NCBI GenBank assembly: GCA_965238175.1
Contig: CBDEGZ010000003.1
Span: 1,056,001-1,120,000 of the forward strand
Reading direction: 5' to 3'
Length of the DNA stretch: 64,000 bases
Source: Gammaproteobacteria bacterium
GTDB taxonomy: Bacteria; Pseudomonadota; Gammaproteobacteria; CAJXQU01
Shown here: piece after piece, positions 1-14,864 of the stretch
Numbering within the stretch: the first letter of the stretch is position 1
Layout of the letters: each line of letters begins with the position of its first letter
Notes under the pieces: model-generated
What the model was told of the DNA's origin: nothing
Database searches by the model: none
What the model saw: only the letters and a program-made list of their open reading frames with translations
Made by a program: the position numbers and the translations under genes

Positions 1-2
1 CG

Positions 3-1502
3 GTTGACGATTTGATCGTAGAAGGGGATCAAATAAAAGGTGTTGTGACGCAGATGGGTTTGCGCTTCATGGCTCCGACGGTAGTTTTGACTGTGGGGAC
101 GTTCCTCGGTGGAAAAATTCATATCGGTGACAGTAATTACCAGGGCGGCCGTGCAGGTGATCAGCCTTCTAATGCGTTGGCAGCGAGGTTGCGAGAATTA
201 CCGTTTAGAGTTGATCGTTTAAAAACCGGAACGCCACCTAGATTAGATGGACGTTCGATAGACTACAGTCAGTTAGATAAACAACCCGGTGATCAACCAA
301 TGCCGGTTTTTTCGTTTATTGGTGAGGTGTCGGAACATCCAGAACAAACGATTTGTCACATTACGCATACCAATGAAAGAACCCACGATATTATTCGATC
401 TGGTTTAGATCGTTCGCCGATGTTCAATGGTAGTATCGAAAGTACAGGGCCGAGATATTGTCCTTCGGTTGAAGATAAAGTGGTTCGCTTTGCAGAAAGA
501 AATTCGCACCAAATTTTTGTTGAGCCGGAAGGTTTGGGTACGCACGAAGTATATCCGAATGGTATTTCAACCAGCTTACCTTTTGATGTGCAATATAAAT
601 TAGTACGATCTATAAAAGGTTTTGAAAATGTCCATATCACCCGTCCGGGATATGCAATTGAATATGATTTTTTTGATCCGCGCGATTTGAAACAAACGCT
701 GGAAACGAAATATTTATCCGGTCTTTTCTTTGCAGGACAGATCAACGGAACTACGGGTTATGAAGAAGCGGGTGCGCAAGGTTTGCTGGCTGGGACTAAT
801 GCGGCTCTGAAAGTTCAGGAACGAGATTCTTGGGCACCACGCAGAAGTGAGGCTTATCTCGGCGTCTTAGTTGATGATTTAACCACACGTGGCACAAATG
901 AGCCTTATCGAATGTTCACTTCACGTGCTGAATATCGGTTGATGTTGCGCGAAGATAATGCGGATCTGCGTTTGACACCGAAAGGTCGTGAGCTTGGCTT
1001 GGTTGACGATGAACGCTGGGAATTGTTTGAAACAAAATTAGAAAATGTTGAGCGAGAAAAACAACGACTAGCATCAATCTGGTTACGACCCGAAACGGTA
1101 CCTGTAGAAGACGCTGAACGCGTTCTTGGTAAAGCCTTAAGCAGGGAATATTCCTTAGCTGATTTACTAAAACGTCCTGGTGTTGTCTATGAAGATCTAA
1201 TGACATTATCTGGTGCAGGTGAAGGCGTGGCTGATCGTGTCATCGCGGAGCAAGTGACTATTCAGGCGAGATACAGTGGCTACATTGAACGTCAGGAAAT
1301 GGAAATCGAACGTACTCGGAAGATGGAAGATAAAACGCTACCTGATGATTTTGATTACGGAACAGTTCATGGTTTGTCCGCAGAGGTCGAGCAAAAATTA
1401 TCGGATTATCGGCCAACAACTATCGGCCAGGCTTCGAGAATTTCAGGAGTGACGCCAGCAGCAATTTCGTTGTTGTTAGTCCATTTAAAGAAAGTCGGTT
1501 GA
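3..1502 (+). CDS. mnmG: tRNA uridine-5-carboxymethylaminomethyl(34) synthesis enzyme MnmG/GidA (5' end outside window)
   Basis: Motifs [29 protein letters not shown] and [14 protein letters not shown]; followed by rsmG-parAB. Confidence 0.98.
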   Translation, partial: VDDLIVEGDQIKGVVTQMGLRFMAPTVVLTVGTFLGGKIHIGDSNYQGGRAGDQPSNALAARLRELPFRVDRLKTGTPPRLDGRSIDYSQLDKQPGDQPMPVFSFIGEVSEHPEQTICHITHTNERTHDIIRSGLDRSPMFNGSIESTGPRYCPSVEDKVVRFAERNSHQIFVEPEGLGTHEVYPNGISTSLPFDVQYKLVRSIKGFENVHITRPGYAIEYDFFDPRDLKQTLETKYLSGLFFAGQINGTTGYEEAGAQGLLAGTNAALKVQERDSWAPRRSEAYLGVLVDDLTTRGTNEPYRMFTSRAEYRLMLREDNADLRLTPKGRELGLVDDERWELFETKLENVEREKQRLASIWLRPETVPVEDAERVLGKALSREYSLADLLKRPGVVYEDLMTLSGAGEGVADRVIAEQVTIQARYSGYIERQEMEIERTRKMEDKTLPDDFDYGTVHGLSAEVEQKLSDYRPTTIGQASRISGVTPAAISLLLVHLKKVG

Positions 1503-1521
1503 TCCGTAGTCCTGATCTAAT

Positions 1522-2148
1522 ATGGATAATGATGCGCTACTAAGCCAATTAGATCACGAGCTTATTCTGCAAGATATTTCTCTGGATGAAACTACTCAAC
1601 ATAAGCTGATCGATTATCTCGATTTGCTCATCCGCTGGAATAAGACCTATAACCTGACTGCTATTCGTGATCCAAAAGAGATGGTCTCCAGGCATTTGAT
1701 CGACAGCTTGACGATTTTGCCTTATCTGGATGGGAAACGATTTATCGATGTTGGTACTGGTGCTGGATTACCAGGCATGGTGATTGCGGTTGCTCGACCT
1801 GAAACAAGCTGGGTGCTTTTAGATAGTAATCAAAAAAAGACGCGTTTTTTGACTCAGGTTGTGATCGAGCTTGATTTAAACAATGTCGAGGTTGTGCATT
1901 CACGTATTGAAGACTATCAGGATGATCAAAAGTTTGATCTCGCAACCAGTCGTGCGGTTACATCTCTATTAGGATTATTGAAGCAAGTTGAGCACCTCTG
2001 CCCGAACTTGTTGGCCATGAAAGGGCAGATCCCAGATGATGAAATAAAAGAAATTCCTGAGAGTTGTGTGGTTGGTATTCATCAGGTTGAGGTGCATGGA
2101 GAGAAAATCCAACGAAGTATTATTACAATAAACAACAAAAATCAGTGA
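1522..2148 (+). CDS. rsmG: 16S rRNA G527 N7-methyltransferase RsmG/GidB
   Basis: WNKTYNLTAIRD, DVGTGAGLPG SAM-binding motif; canonical synteny. Confidence 0.97.
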   Translation: MDNDALLSQLDHELILQDISLDETTQHKLIDYLDLLIRWNKTYNLTAIRDPKEMVSRHLIDSLTILPYLDGKRFIDVGTGAGLPGMVIAVARPETSWVLLDSNQKKTRFLTQVVIELDLNNVEVVHSRIEDYQDDQKFDLATSRAVTSLLGLLKQVEHLCPNLLAMKGQIPDDEIKEIPESCVVGIHQVEVHGEKIQRSIITINNKNQ

Positions 2149-2195
2149 TAATGGTCGACCGGGTGTGCGGAACAAATAAGTAAAAGAGAAATTTG

Positions 2196-2984
2196 ATGGC
2201 AAGAATATTTGCGGTAACAAATCAAAAGGGCGGAGTAGGTAAGACCACTACCAGTGTTAACCTCGCTGCGAGTCTGGCGGAATTGGATCGACGTGTGCTA
2301 CTAATCGATCTTGATCCACAGGGCAATGCAACCATGGGCAGTGGTGCCAACAAATACGATCTCGAGTCATCCATCTACGAAGTGATGATGGATGAAAAAA
2401 CCGTTACAGACGTTGTGATATCTCTTGAAGGATCTGGTTACGATTTATTACCTGCAAACGCTGATCTTACCGGTGCAGAAGTTGGTCTGCTTGAAGAGAT
2501 AGGCCGCGAGTTGAGATTGCGAATGGCATTGGAAAAAGTGCGTGATGATTATGATTACATCGTAATTGACTGCCCACCTTCATTGAATATGTTGACCGTC
2601 AATGCATTGGTAGCAGCGGATAAAGTTTTTATTCCGACCCAATGTGAATACTACGCATTGGAAGGGTTGTCGGCATTATTAGATACGGTTGAGAAGATCA
2701 GAACTTATCTCAACCCGACTCTAGCGGTAGAAGGCTTTTTAAGAACAATGTTTGATTCACGAAATAATTTGGCTACACAGGTTTCAGCACAATTATTAAA
2801 ACATTTCGGCGAGAAGGTTTATCAAACGATTATTCCACGTAATGTACGCTTGGCAGAAGCGCCTAGTCATGGTACGCCGATTATAACCTACGATAGATCA
2901 TCCTCAGGTGCGGCGGCTTATCTTGCGCTTGCCGGAGAAATGATACGTCGGTCCGAAAATATTCCTATGCGAGCGGTGCAATAA
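2196..2984 (+). CDS. parA: Chromosome partitioning ATPase ParA/Soj
   Basis: Deviant Walker A NQKGGVGKTT, DLDPQGN, DCPPSL, RLAEAPS; ATG at 2196. Confidence 0.97.
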   Translation: MARIFAVTNQKGGVGKTTTSVNLAASLAELDRRVLLIDLDPQGNATMGSGANKYDLESSIYEVMMDEKTVTDVVISLEGSGYDLLPANADLTGAEVGLLEEIGRELRLRMALEKVRDDYDYIVIDCPPSLNMLTVNALVAADKVFIPTQCEYYALEGLSALLDTVEKIRTYLNPTLAVEGFLRTMFDSRNNLATQVSAQLLKHFGEKVYQTIIPRNVRLAEAPSHGTPIITYDRSSSGAAAYLALAGEMIRRSENIPMRAVQ

Positions 2985-3859
2985 TGGTCGCAAAAAAAAG
3001 AGGTTTAGGTCGAGGGTTGGACGCACTTTTAGGCGCGGGAATTCCGGAAGAACTTACAACTGACACAGCGATAGAAGGGGAAGAGCTTCGAGCTGTACCC
3101 GTAGATCTTATCCAACGAGGTGAGTATCAACCGCGACGAGATATAGAACCTGAAGCATTACAAGAACTGTCAGATTCGATAAAAGCCCAAGGTGTTATCC
3201 AACCTATTGTTATCCGCCCCATCGGTGAAGGACGATATGAAATAGTTGCTGGTGAACGTCGTTGGCGAGCAACACAAATGGCCGGATTACAAGAGATCCC
3301 GGCTGTCGTTAGAGTAATGCCAGATAAGGTGGCCTTAAGTGTTGCTATTATCGAGAACATACAAAGAGAAGATCTGAATCCTTTAGAAGAAGCAATCTCA
3401 CTTGATAGATTGCTTAATGAATTTGATCTGACACATCAATCGGTAGCAGATGCCGTTGGTCGTTCACGTGTTGCAGTCAGTAATTTACTGCGTTTGTTAG
3501 AATTGGAAGAGGAAGTAAAAACATATTTATCTGAAGGTAAACTGGGGATGGGACATGCTAGAGCATTACTTCCGTTAGGAAGCATTACCCAGAAGCAGGT
3601 TGCTCGTGATGTTATTTCCAAACAATTGTCAGTTCGACAAACTGAAGCGTTGGTGCGCAAGCTTCAAGATCAGAAAGATAATCCAGCCCTATCGGCAATA
3701 GTTCATAAAGATCCAAATGTAAGCCATTTGGAAGAAAAACTGGCAGAGCAGTTAGGGGCTAAAGTCGCTTTGAAACATAATCCAAAAGGTAAAGGCACAA
3801 TGGTTATCCATTTTAATTCTTTGGATGAGCTGGATGGGATTCTCGAACACATTAAATAA
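2984..3859 (+). CDS. parB: Chromosome partitioning protein ParB/Spo0J
   Basis: LGRGLDALL, AGERRWRA arginine patch, IENIQREDLN; overlaps the parA stop. Confidence 0.97.
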   Translation: MVAKKRGLGRGLDALLGAGIPEELTTDTAIEGEELRAVPVDLIQRGEYQPRRDIEPEALQELSDSIKAQGVIQPIVIRPIGEGRYEIVAGERRWRATQMAGLQEIPAVVRVMPDKVALSVAIIENIQREDLNPLEEAISLDRLLNEFDLTHQSVADAVGRSRVAVSNLLRLLELEEEVKTYLSEGKLGMGHARALLPLGSITQKQVARDVISKQLSVRQTEALVRKLQDQKDNPALSAIVHKDPNVSHLEEKLAEQLGAKVALKHNPKGKGTMVIHFNSLDELDGILEHIK

Positions 3860-3906
3860 ATGTAATAAAATCTGTTTTGTTAACAATAAAGAAATAATCT
3901 ATTTAA

Positions 3907-3934
3907 TTGATCTTGGGTAATTAGCTGCTATAAT
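3907..3934 (+). promoter_or_regulatory. Putative sigma70 promoter of the atp operon
   Basis: TTGATC-N16-TATAAT with an extended -10 TG, about 45 bp upstream of atpI. Confidence 0.6.
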
Positions 3935-3979
3935 CGCGTCCGCAATATGAGCTGCTTTGAATTCTAATAATAAATAGTC

Positions 3980-5226
<1,247 letters not shown>

Positions 5227-5286
5227 ATTCGAGATTATGAATCTGTGTATTTTTAAACTTTTTATAACTTAAACATAAAGAAATAA

Positions 5287-5535
<249 letters not shown>

Positions 5536-5598
5536 GAGCGATCTTGCAAAGAAAATTTTCTACAGATTTTGATGAATTTTGAGTAACAGGAAAGCAGA

Positions 5599-6069
5599 AT
5601 GAATATCAACTTGACCCTGGTCGGACAAATGATTGTTTTTGTCATTTTTGTCATTTTTACCAGGAAATATGTGTGGGCTCCGATCATTACTGCATTGGAA
5701 GCTCGAAAAGCTAAAATCGCAGATGGCCTTGCTTCTGCTGAAAAGGGTAAGCATGAGCTAGAACTTGCTGAGAATCGTGTTGTAGAAACACTGAAAGAAA
5801 GTAAGCTCAAAGCTCAAGAATTTATTACTCAAGCTCAGAAACGTGCAGACGAAATTGTTGACGAAGCAAAGACTACTGCAAATGTCGAACGTGACAGAAT
5901 TATTTCTGCTGCCCAGGCACAAGCAGATCAAGAAATGAACGAAGCTAAGGAAAGTTTACGCAAAGATGTAGGCGTTCTAGCCATTGCCGGTGCTGAGCAG
6001 ATCCTGATGCGAGAGGTAGATGCTTCCACACACAAAGAAGTGCTGGATAAGCTTGGCGCTCAGTTATAA
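5599..6069 (+). CDS. atpF: F0F1 ATP synthase subunit b
   Basis: MNINLTLVGQ, KYVWAPI, N-terminal TM segment followed by coiled coil. Confidence 0.97.
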   Translation: MNINLTLVGQMIVFVIFVIFTRKYVWAPIITALEARKAKIADGLASAEKGKHELELAENRVVETLKESKLKAQEFITQAQKRADEIVDEAKTTANVERDRIISAAQAQADQEMNEAKESLRKDVGVLAIAGAEQILMREVDASTHKEVLDKLGAQL

Positions 6070-6080
6070 AGGACGCGAAT

Positions 6081-6614
6081 ATGCTGGAAAAGAAAACAAT
6101 CGCGCGGCCTTATGCCAAGGCAGCTTTTGAGCAAGCAAAAGAAGAAAATTCGTTAAGCGAATGGTCTGAGCTTCTGACGTTGCTGGCAATAATTGCTTCT
6201 GATGCACAAATGCAGGCATTAATGGGTGATCCACGTGTCAATAGTGGGCAGCTAAATAAACTGTTTCTTGATTTGGCTGGTGATTCTCTAAGTAAGACAA
6301 TGGTTAGTTTTGTTAGCTTATTGTCTGAATCAGATCGGCTTATTATAAGTCCTGAAATTAGCCAGCTATTCGAAGAAAGGAAGGCGAAAGTTGAAAAACA
6401 TGCCAGTGTCCATGTTATCTCGGCTTTCGAGATGGAGAGTAAAGAAAAGCAGAAGATCGCTGATGCGATGCGTAAAAAGTTGGGTTGTAGTGTTGAAGTC
6501 ACAACCGAACAGAATCCAGATTTAATCGGTGGTGTGGTGATTAAATCTGGGGATACAGTTGTCGATCTTTCAGTAAGAGGCCGTCTGAACACGATGGCAA
6601 ACGAATTCAAATAA
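6081..6614 (+). CDS. atpH: F0F1 ATP synthase subunit delta
   Basis: TIARPYAKAAF, LIGGVVIK, VDLSVRGRL. Confidence 0.97.
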   Translation: MLEKKTIARPYAKAAFEQAKEENSLSEWSELLTLLAIIASDAQMQALMGDPRVNSGQLNKLFLDLAGDSLSKTMVSFVSLLSESDRLIISPEISQLFEERKAKVEKHASVHVISAFEMESKEKQKIADAMRKKLGCSVEVTTEQNPDLIGGVVIKSGDTVVDLSVRGRLNTMANEFK

Positions 6615-6671
6615 TACTAGTTGCTGGTTAAACACCGTAGCTACGAAGATATAACTAATTGAGGTTGTCCA

Positions 6672-8213
6672 ATGCAAATCAGTGCAACAGAAATCAGCGA
6701 ACTGATTAAGAAACGAATTCAGGATATGGATCTGTCTACGGAGGCTACTACGGAAGGTACCGTAGTAAGTATCGCCGATGGCGTTGCCCAGATACATGGT
6801 CTTAGTGACGTCATGTCTGGTGAAATGATTGAGTTTCCTGGTGGGATTTATGGTCTTGCCTTGAACTTGGAGCGTGATTCGGTCGGTGCTGTTATTCTGG
6901 GTGAATACGAAAATATTTCTGAAGGCGATGTGGTTAAATGTACACAACGTATTCTCGAAGTCCCTGTTGGTGAAGGTCTACTTGGTCGAGTGGTTGACTC
7001 ACTCGGTAATCCATTGGATGGTAAGGGTGAAATTGATAGCGTAGGTACATCACCTATTGAAAAAGTTGCGCCTGGTGTAATTGCAAGACAATCAGTTGAT
7101 CAGCCAGTACAAACAGGACTCAAATCAATTGATGCGATGGTTCCAATTGGTCGAGGTCAACGAGAATTGATCATTGGTGACCGCCAAACAGGTAAAACGG
7201 CTGTTGCGATTGATGCAATAATAAATCAAAAGGGCACGGGCATTAAATGTGTCTACGTAGCTATTGGTCAAAAAGCATCGTCTATTGCGGCGGTTATTCG
7301 TAAACTCGAAGAGCATGATGCACTTGACCATACAATTATAGTTGCAGCTACCGCTTCTGATTCAGCGGCTATGCAATACATCGCACCATACTCTGGTTGC
7401 ACTATGGGCGAGTATTTCCGTGACAAAGGTGAAGATGCACTAATTATTTATGATGATTTAACCAAACAAGCTTGGGCTTATCGTCAAGTATCATTACTGC
7501 TACGTCGACCACCTGGTCGAGAAGCATATCCTGGTGATGTGTTCTACTTACATTCAAGATTGCTGGAACGTGCAGCACGGATCAATGCAGATTACGTCGA
7601 AAAAATCACCGATGGCAAAGTGAAAGGTAAAACGGGTTCATTAACGGCTCTTCCAGTTATTGAAACACAAGCTGGTGACGTATCAGCATTCGTACCGACC
7701 AATGTTATCTCCATTACTGATGGACAAATATTCCTTGAATCAGATTTGTTCAACTCTGGCTTCAGGCCAGCGATTAATGCAGGTCTATCCGTGTCACGTG
7801 TAGGTGGTGCAGCTCAGACCAAGATAGTTAAAAAGCTTGGTGGTAGTGTACGTCTTGCTTTAGCACAGTATCGTGAACTGGCCGCATTTGCACAATTTGC
7901 GTCTGATCTTGATGACGCTACACGTCATCAGTTAGAACGTGGTCAGCGTGTAATGGAACTAATGAAGCAGAAACAATATTCACCTATGTCTGTTGCAGAA
8001 ATGGCGCTTAGCCTATTTGCTGTTGAAAAAGGCTATTTAGATGATATTGAAATCGACAAAATTCTTGATTTTGAAGCAGCACTTAATAGCCATATGAATA
8101 GTGAACAGTCAGAATTAATGAAACAAATTAATGAGACGGGTGATTACTCAGATGAGATTCAAAATACTTTCGTATCTGCAATTGAAGAATTTAAAGCAAA
8201 TCATACTTGGTAG
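6672..8213 (+). CDS. atpA: F0F1 ATP synthase subunit alpha
   Basis: [30 protein letters not shown]. Confidence 0.99.
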   Translation: MQISATEISELIKKRIQDMDLSTEATTEGTVVSIADGVAQIHGLSDVMSGEMIEFPGGIYGLALNLERDSVGAVILGEYENISEGDVVKCTQRILEVPVGEGLLGRVVDSLGNPLDGKGEIDSVGTSPIEKVAPGVIARQSVDQPVQTGLKSIDAMVPIGRGQRELIIGDRQTGKTAVAIDAIINQKGTGIKCVYVAIGQKASSIAAVIRKLEEHDALDHTIIVAATASDSAAMQYIAPYSGCTMGEYFRDKGEDALIIYDDLTKQAWAYRQVSLLLRRPPGREAYPGDVFYLHSRLLERAARINADYVEKITDGKVKGKTGSLTALPVIETQAGDVSAFVPTNVISITDGQIFLESDLFNSGFRPAINAGLSVSRVGGAAQTKIVKKLGGSVRLALAQYRELAAFAQFASDLDDATRHQLERGQRVMELMKQKQYSPMSVAEMALSLFAVEKGYLDDIEIDKILDFEAALNSHMNSEQSELMKQINETGDYSDEIQNTFVSAIEEFKANHTW

Positions 8214-8253
8214 TTATTTTAAAAATCAAAATATTTACAGACGGAATCATTAA

Positions 8254-9114
<861 letters not shown>

Positions 9115-9133
9115 TACGTAATTGATAGTTTAA

Positions 9134-10522
<1,389 letters not shown>

Positions 10523-10532
10523 GGCAATAAAT

Positions 10533-10958
10533 ATGGCAATGACTATTCATGTTGATATCGTAAGTGCTGAATCAGAGATCTTTTCTGGCTTGGCTGAAAT
10601 GGTATTTGCTCCTGCAATTTCAGGAGAGATTGGTATCGCACCAAGACATGCGCCTTTAATGACAACTTTAGCTCCGGGTGAAGTTCGTTTGCAAATGTCT
10701 GATGGTAAAGACGAGAAATCCTTTTACGTTTCTGGCGGTTTACTTGAAATACAACCGCATGTGGTCACTATTCTGTCTGATACTGCGGAACGTGCAGAAG
10801 ATTTAGATGAAGCAGCAGCTCTTGAGGCTAAAAAACGCGCAGAAGATGCAATTCAAAATCGTGATGCTGAAATGGATTTGGCTAAAGCACAAGCTCAGTT
10901 GGCAGAGGCAGCAGCACAATTACAAGCTATACAACGGTTAAGAAAACGCCGTAAATAG
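10533..10958 (+). CDS. atpC: F0F1 ATP synthase subunit epsilon
   Basis: [29 protein letters not shown]. Confidence 0.98.
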   Translation: MAMTIHVDIVSAESEIFSGLAEMVFAPAISGEIGIAPRHAPLMTTLAPGEVRLQMSDGKDEKSFYVSGGLLEIQPHVVTILSDTAERAEDLDEAAALEAKKRAEDAIQNRDAEMDLAKAQAQLAEAAAQLQAIQRLRKRRK

Positions 10959-10985
10959 CTGTTGCACACTACTAACTTAATAACG

Positions 10986-11022
10986 AAATCCGGTCTGGAG
11001 ATATCCTTACCGGATTTTTTTT
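10986..11022 (+). terminator. Rho-independent terminator of the atp operon
   Basis: AAATCCGGT...ACCGGATTT stem followed by a T run. Confidence 0.85.
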
Positions 11023-11111
11023 GCTCATTCATTCTCTATTATTCATAATACAGACATAGATCTTGTATCGGTTGCATACGATGAATATCTAAGTAATAAC
11101 TACAGGAAAAG

Positions 11112-12476
11112 ATGATGGGAACTACTGCGATAATCCTTGCGGCAGGCAAGGGAACAAGAATGAGATCTGCTTTACCAAAGGTATTGCATAAGATTGCACA
11201 TATGCCATTACTTGAGCATGTATATCATACTGCTAAAACTATTCCGAATTGCTCAGTTAATATTATCTATGGCCATGGCGGTGATGTAGTTAAAGATACA
11301 TTGTCTGATATAGATGCAAGGTGGATTGAACAACGTGAACAACTAGGTACAGGACATGCTGTACAGCAAGTTGTTCCTATTATTTCTGACGAAGATACAG
11401 TGTTGATCTTATATGGAGATGTACCCCTTACCCTTTCTTCTACTCTTTGTACTCTTGTAGAGTCATCTCAATCTACAGGTTTTTGTTTGCTTACAGTAGA
11501 TCTTGAAAATCCTGCGGGTTACGGGCGGATTGTCAGAAATAAAAATGGGTTTATTGAAAAAATTGTAGAAGAAAAAGATGCTAATGATGAGGTAAAACAA
11601 ATTTCTGAAGTGAATACTGGGATGATGGCTGTTTCAGGTGTTCTTCTTAAAAAATTGTTAGGGCAATTAAACAATAACAATTCACAAAGAGAGTATTATC
11701 TAACTGATATTGTAGAAATGGCTGTTCAGGAGGGTATTGAAATTCAGTCAATCCAACCTGAAAATGAATATGAAGTTATGGGTGTCAATAATCGTTTACA
11801 ACTTGCTGAGCTAGAACGTTATTTCCAATTAAAGAACGCCAATGGATTGATGACTGCTGGTGTTACATTAAGAGATCCCGCTAGAATTGATATACGTGGC
11901 GACATGGAGGTCGGTGAAGATATTATTATCGATATAAATGTTGTGTTCGAGGGCACAGTCAGTTTAAGTAACAATGTGAAAATAGGATCAAACACTACGA
12001 TCAAGAATGCTGAAATTGGTGAAAATGTAGAGATTCTTTCTAATTGTGTCATTGAAGATGCCGTGATTGGTAAGGGAGTAAAAATAGGTCCGTTTGCGCG
12101 TATTAGACCAGGAACTAGGTTAGCAGAAAATGTCCATGTAGGAAATTTTGTTGAGATCAAAAACTCTGAAGTATATGAAGGATCAAAAATAAACCATCTA
12201 AGTTATATTGGTGATACTGATATGGGCTCAGAGGTGAACGTCGGAGCTGGGACGATCACATGTAATTATGATGGTGCTAACAAGTCTCGAACTGTTATTG
12301 GTAATGATGTCTTCATTGGTTCTGACACTCAATTAATAGCGCCTGTCGAGGTGGCCGACGGAGCAACTATTGCGGCTGGAACTACATTGACAAAAGATGC
12401 TCCTGCAGATCAACTTACTTTGAGCCGTGCGAAACAGATTTCAGTTCCAAGTTGGAAGCGTCCAACAAAAAAATGA
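11112..12476 (+). CDS. glmU: Bifunctional UDP-GlcNAc pyrophosphorylase / glucosamine-1-P acetyltransferase GlmU
   Basis: ILAAGKGTRM, LGTGHAV, hexapeptide repeats, NYDGANK. Confidence 0.98.
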   Translation: MMGTTAIILAAGKGTRMRSALPKVLHKIAHMPLLEHVYHTAKTIPNCSVNIIYGHGGDVVKDTLSDIDARWIEQREQLGTGHAVQQVVPIISDEDTVLILYGDVPLTLSSTLCTLVESSQSTGFCLLTVDLENPAGYGRIVRNKNGFIEKIVEEKDANDEVKQISEVNTGMMAVSGVLLKKLLGQLNNNNSQREYYLTDIVEMAVQEGIEIQSIQPENEYEVMGVNNRLQLAELERYFQLKNANGLMTAGVTLRDPARIDIRGDMEVGEDIIIDINVVFEGTVSLSNNVKIGSNTTIKNAEIGENVEILSNCVIEDAVIGKGVKIGPFARIRPGTRLAENVHVGNFVEIKNSEVYEGSKINHLSYIGDTDMGSEVNVGAGTITCNYDGANKSRTVIGNDVFIGSDTQLIAPVEVADGATIAAGTTLTKDAPADQLTLSRAKQISVPSWKRPTKK

Positions 12477-13279
12477 AAGTAGGTTACTACCAGTTCCGGC
12501 CTTTATTTGGAAAAGTTGAAAAAAATCTAGAAAAAATCACAGCGGCTTTAGAAGTTGCAGACGTTGATACTGATCTGATCGTTTTACCAGAGCTTGCTCT
12601 CACAGGTTACTATTTCAAAGACAGAGATGAACTTATGTCTCTGGCTGAAGATCCTTTTAATTCAAGCAGAATAGATGCGCTTATTAGCCTTTGTAAAAAA
12701 AACGATCTACATATCGTAATGGGTTTTGCAGAACTATATGGTAGTAAAGTCTATAACAGTTCAATTTTAATTGGTCCTAATGGAACCGTACACATCTATC
12801 GTAAACTTCATCTGTTTAATGAAGAAAAGAATATTTTTGATCAAGGTGATGTAGCGCTGTCTATTCAAACTGTAAGAGGCGTAAAAATAGGCATGATGGT
12901 TTGCTTCGACTGGGCATTTCCTGAAGTAATGCGAAGCCTTACTTTACTTGGTGCAGAAGTTATTTGTCATCCATCAAATTTAGTTCTGACTTTTTGTCAG
13001 GAAGCTATGTTGACACGATGTCTTGAAAACCGCGTTTTTGCCATAACAACAAACCGTTTTGGTGCAGATAAACGACCTCAAGGCGAGATAAAATTCACTG
13101 GAAAAAGTCAGATTGTCGCACCAGGTGGAAAATTAATTAATCGTGCTGTATCACAAAGAGATCAATTGTTTATTGTTGAAATTGATCCTACAGAAGCACA
13201 TAACAAATCTATAACCCCGTTAAATGATTTGTTGTCTGACCGTCGCCCAGATTGTTATCATGCACTTTTTGATTCTTGA
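12473..13279 (+). CDS. Nitrilase-superfamily carbon-nitrogen hydrolase
   Basis: E-K-C triad (LPELALTGY, YRKLHLF, VCFDWAFPE); ATGA overlap with the glmU stop. Confidence 0.9.
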   Translation: MKVGYYQFRPLFGKVEKNLEKITAALEVADVDTDLIVLPELALTGYYFKDRDELMSLAEDPFNSSRIDALISLCKKNDLHIVMGFAELYGSKVYNSSILIGPNGTVHIYRKLHLFNEEKNIFDQGDVALSIQTVRGVKIGMMVCFDWAFPEVMRSLTLLGAEVICHPSNLVLTFCQEAMLTRCLENRVFAITTNRFGADKRPQGEIKFTGKSQIVAPGGKLINRAVSQRDQLFIVEIDPTEAHNKSITPLNDLLSDRRPDCYHALFDS

Positions 13280-13298
13280 TCAAACACAGGAGTAAGTG

Positions 13299-13775
13299 AT
13301 GTCTAAAGCTACAGCGGATCTTTATGATGAGTACGGAGATTCGTTACAAGTTGCCACGCCAATGTTCAATAATTATGGTGCAAAAAAAACATTCTCTGGA
13401 AAAATTTCCACAGTCAAATGTCACGAAGATAACAGTTTTGTTCGTTCGACTTTAGAAATGCTCGGTGAGGGAAAGGTGCTTGTTGTTGATGGTGGTGGTT
13501 CTTTACGCTGCGCCTTACTTGGCGATATGTTAGCTGAACTAGGCATTAAAAATGGTTGGGCTGGAATCATTATTTATGGTTGTATTCGGGATTCAGCTGT
13601 CATTGAAAAAATGGATATTGGAGTGATAGGGCTTAATACAAACCCGAAGAAAAGTTTGAAAAAAGATATTGGGGAACGTGACATTCCGGTGGGCTTTGCT
13701 GGTGTGGATTTCATTCCAGGACATTTTTTATACGCAGATGAAGATGGGTTTGTCGTATCGGACAAAGCGCTTTAA
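13299..13775 (+). CDS. rraA: RraA family protein (RNase E regulator / HMG aldolase-like)
   Basis: TADLYDE, CHEDNS, VVDGGGSLRCALLGD, LYADEDG. Confidence 0.93.
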   Translation: MSKATADLYDEYGDSLQVATPMFNNYGAKKTFSGKISTVKCHEDNSFVRSTLEMLGEGKVLVVDGGGSLRCALLGDMLAELGIKNGWAGIIIYGCIRDSAVIEKMDIGVIGLNTNPKKSLKKDIGERDIPVGFAGVDFIPGHFLYADEDGFVVSDKAL

Positions 13776-14605
13776 TGTCAAAAAAATTCAACGTAGCGTG
13801 TCTGCAATTTTGTGCAGATAATGATCTCGATGCTAATTTAGAACTTGCTAAAAAACTTACTCGTCAAACCTGTGAAGTCGGAGCAGATCTGATTTGTTTA
13901 CCAGAATATTTTTCAGCAATCGAAGTAGATGATCAATCGACACTTAAAAATGCATGTACAGAAGAACAGCACCCTGCTTTATCTCAATTTAAAGCATTAG
14001 CAAAAGAACTTTCCATCTGGATTCAAATTGGATCATTACCGATTCGTGTTAATGAAACACAAGTTAATAACAGAGCTTTTCTGATCAATTTTGATGGGGA
14101 AATTACTGCTCGTTATAACAAAATTCACTTGTTTGATGTCATTTTGAAAGATGGTGAGTTGTATCGTGAATCTGATGTGGTGATGCCGGGTACAGAAGCT
14201 GTGGTAGCAAAAACGCCATGGGGAAAATTAGGAATGTCAGTTTGTTATGACGTTCGTTTTGCAGATCAGTATCGTGTTATGGCAAAAGAAGGTGCAGATT
14301 TTCTAACCGTTCCAGCAGCATTCACTCAGACAACGGGTCAAGCACACTGGCATACTTTACTGAGAGCGAGAGCCATTGAAACGGGTTGTTATGTCTTTGC
14401 GGCTTGTCAGAATGGCGTCAGACATACAGGTCGAGCTACCTATGGCCACTCTCTGATCATTGATCCCTGGGGTGCTATACTTGCAGATGCGGGTGAAGAT
14501 GATGGTTTCGTTATTGCTGAAATTGATCCTGCAAGGGTGCAAGAAGTGCGTGGGATGGTACCAACATTGCAACATGATCGAGAATATAACGTACGAGTAG
14601 AATAA
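13775..14605 (+). CDS. Carbon-nitrogen hydrolase, Nit1/deaminated glutathione amidase-like
   Basis: LPEYF, YNKIHLFD, CYDVRF, PAAFTQTTGQAHW, RARAIE, YGHSLIIDPWG. Confidence 0.9.
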   Translation: MSKKFNVACLQFCADNDLDANLELAKKLTRQTCEVGADLICLPEYFSAIEVDDQSTLKNACTEEQHPALSQFKALAKELSIWIQIGSLPIRVNETQVNNRAFLINFDGEITARYNKIHLFDVILKDGELYRESDVVMPGTEAVVAKTPWGKLGMSVCYDVRFADQYRVMAKEGADFLTVPAAFTQTTGQAHWHTLLRARAIETGCYVFAACQNGVRHTGRATYGHSLIIDPWGAILADAGEDDGFVIAEIDPARVQEVRGMVPTLQHDREYNVRVE

Positions 14606-14760
14606 GGAACTTCTGATGTGTCAGGAACGGTTAGTTTGAGTCCAAAATTCTCAATCTCGCGTTGTGAAACTGAGTAATAGAACCAATCACTTGTGTTTCG
14701 CGCCTTGACCTTGAATATTTTGAATCTCAACCTATCTCGTCCAGACACATCAGAGGTTCC
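14606..14760. mobile_element. 155-bp MITE-like palindromic element with IS5-like ends
   Basis: TIRs GGAACTTCTGATGTGTC / GACACATCAGAGGTTCC (16/17); flanks ATAA and TTAA; imperfect pairing continues inward. Confidence 0.7.
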
Positions 14761-14821
14761 TTAAGTATTATTTAAGAATTATGATCACTTGACAAACCTT
14801 AGATATTCAGTATTGATTCAG
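14761..14821 (+). promoter_or_regulatory. Two OmpR-family direct-repeat boxes upstream of the PepSY-RR-HK operon
   Basis: TTAAG-N6-TTAAG at 14761-14776 and TTCAG-N6-TTCAG at 14806-14821. Confidence 0.55.
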
Positions 14822-14864
14822 CAGCAATCGTATATCTTATTTTGTTATTGGTAGATGAAGACGG

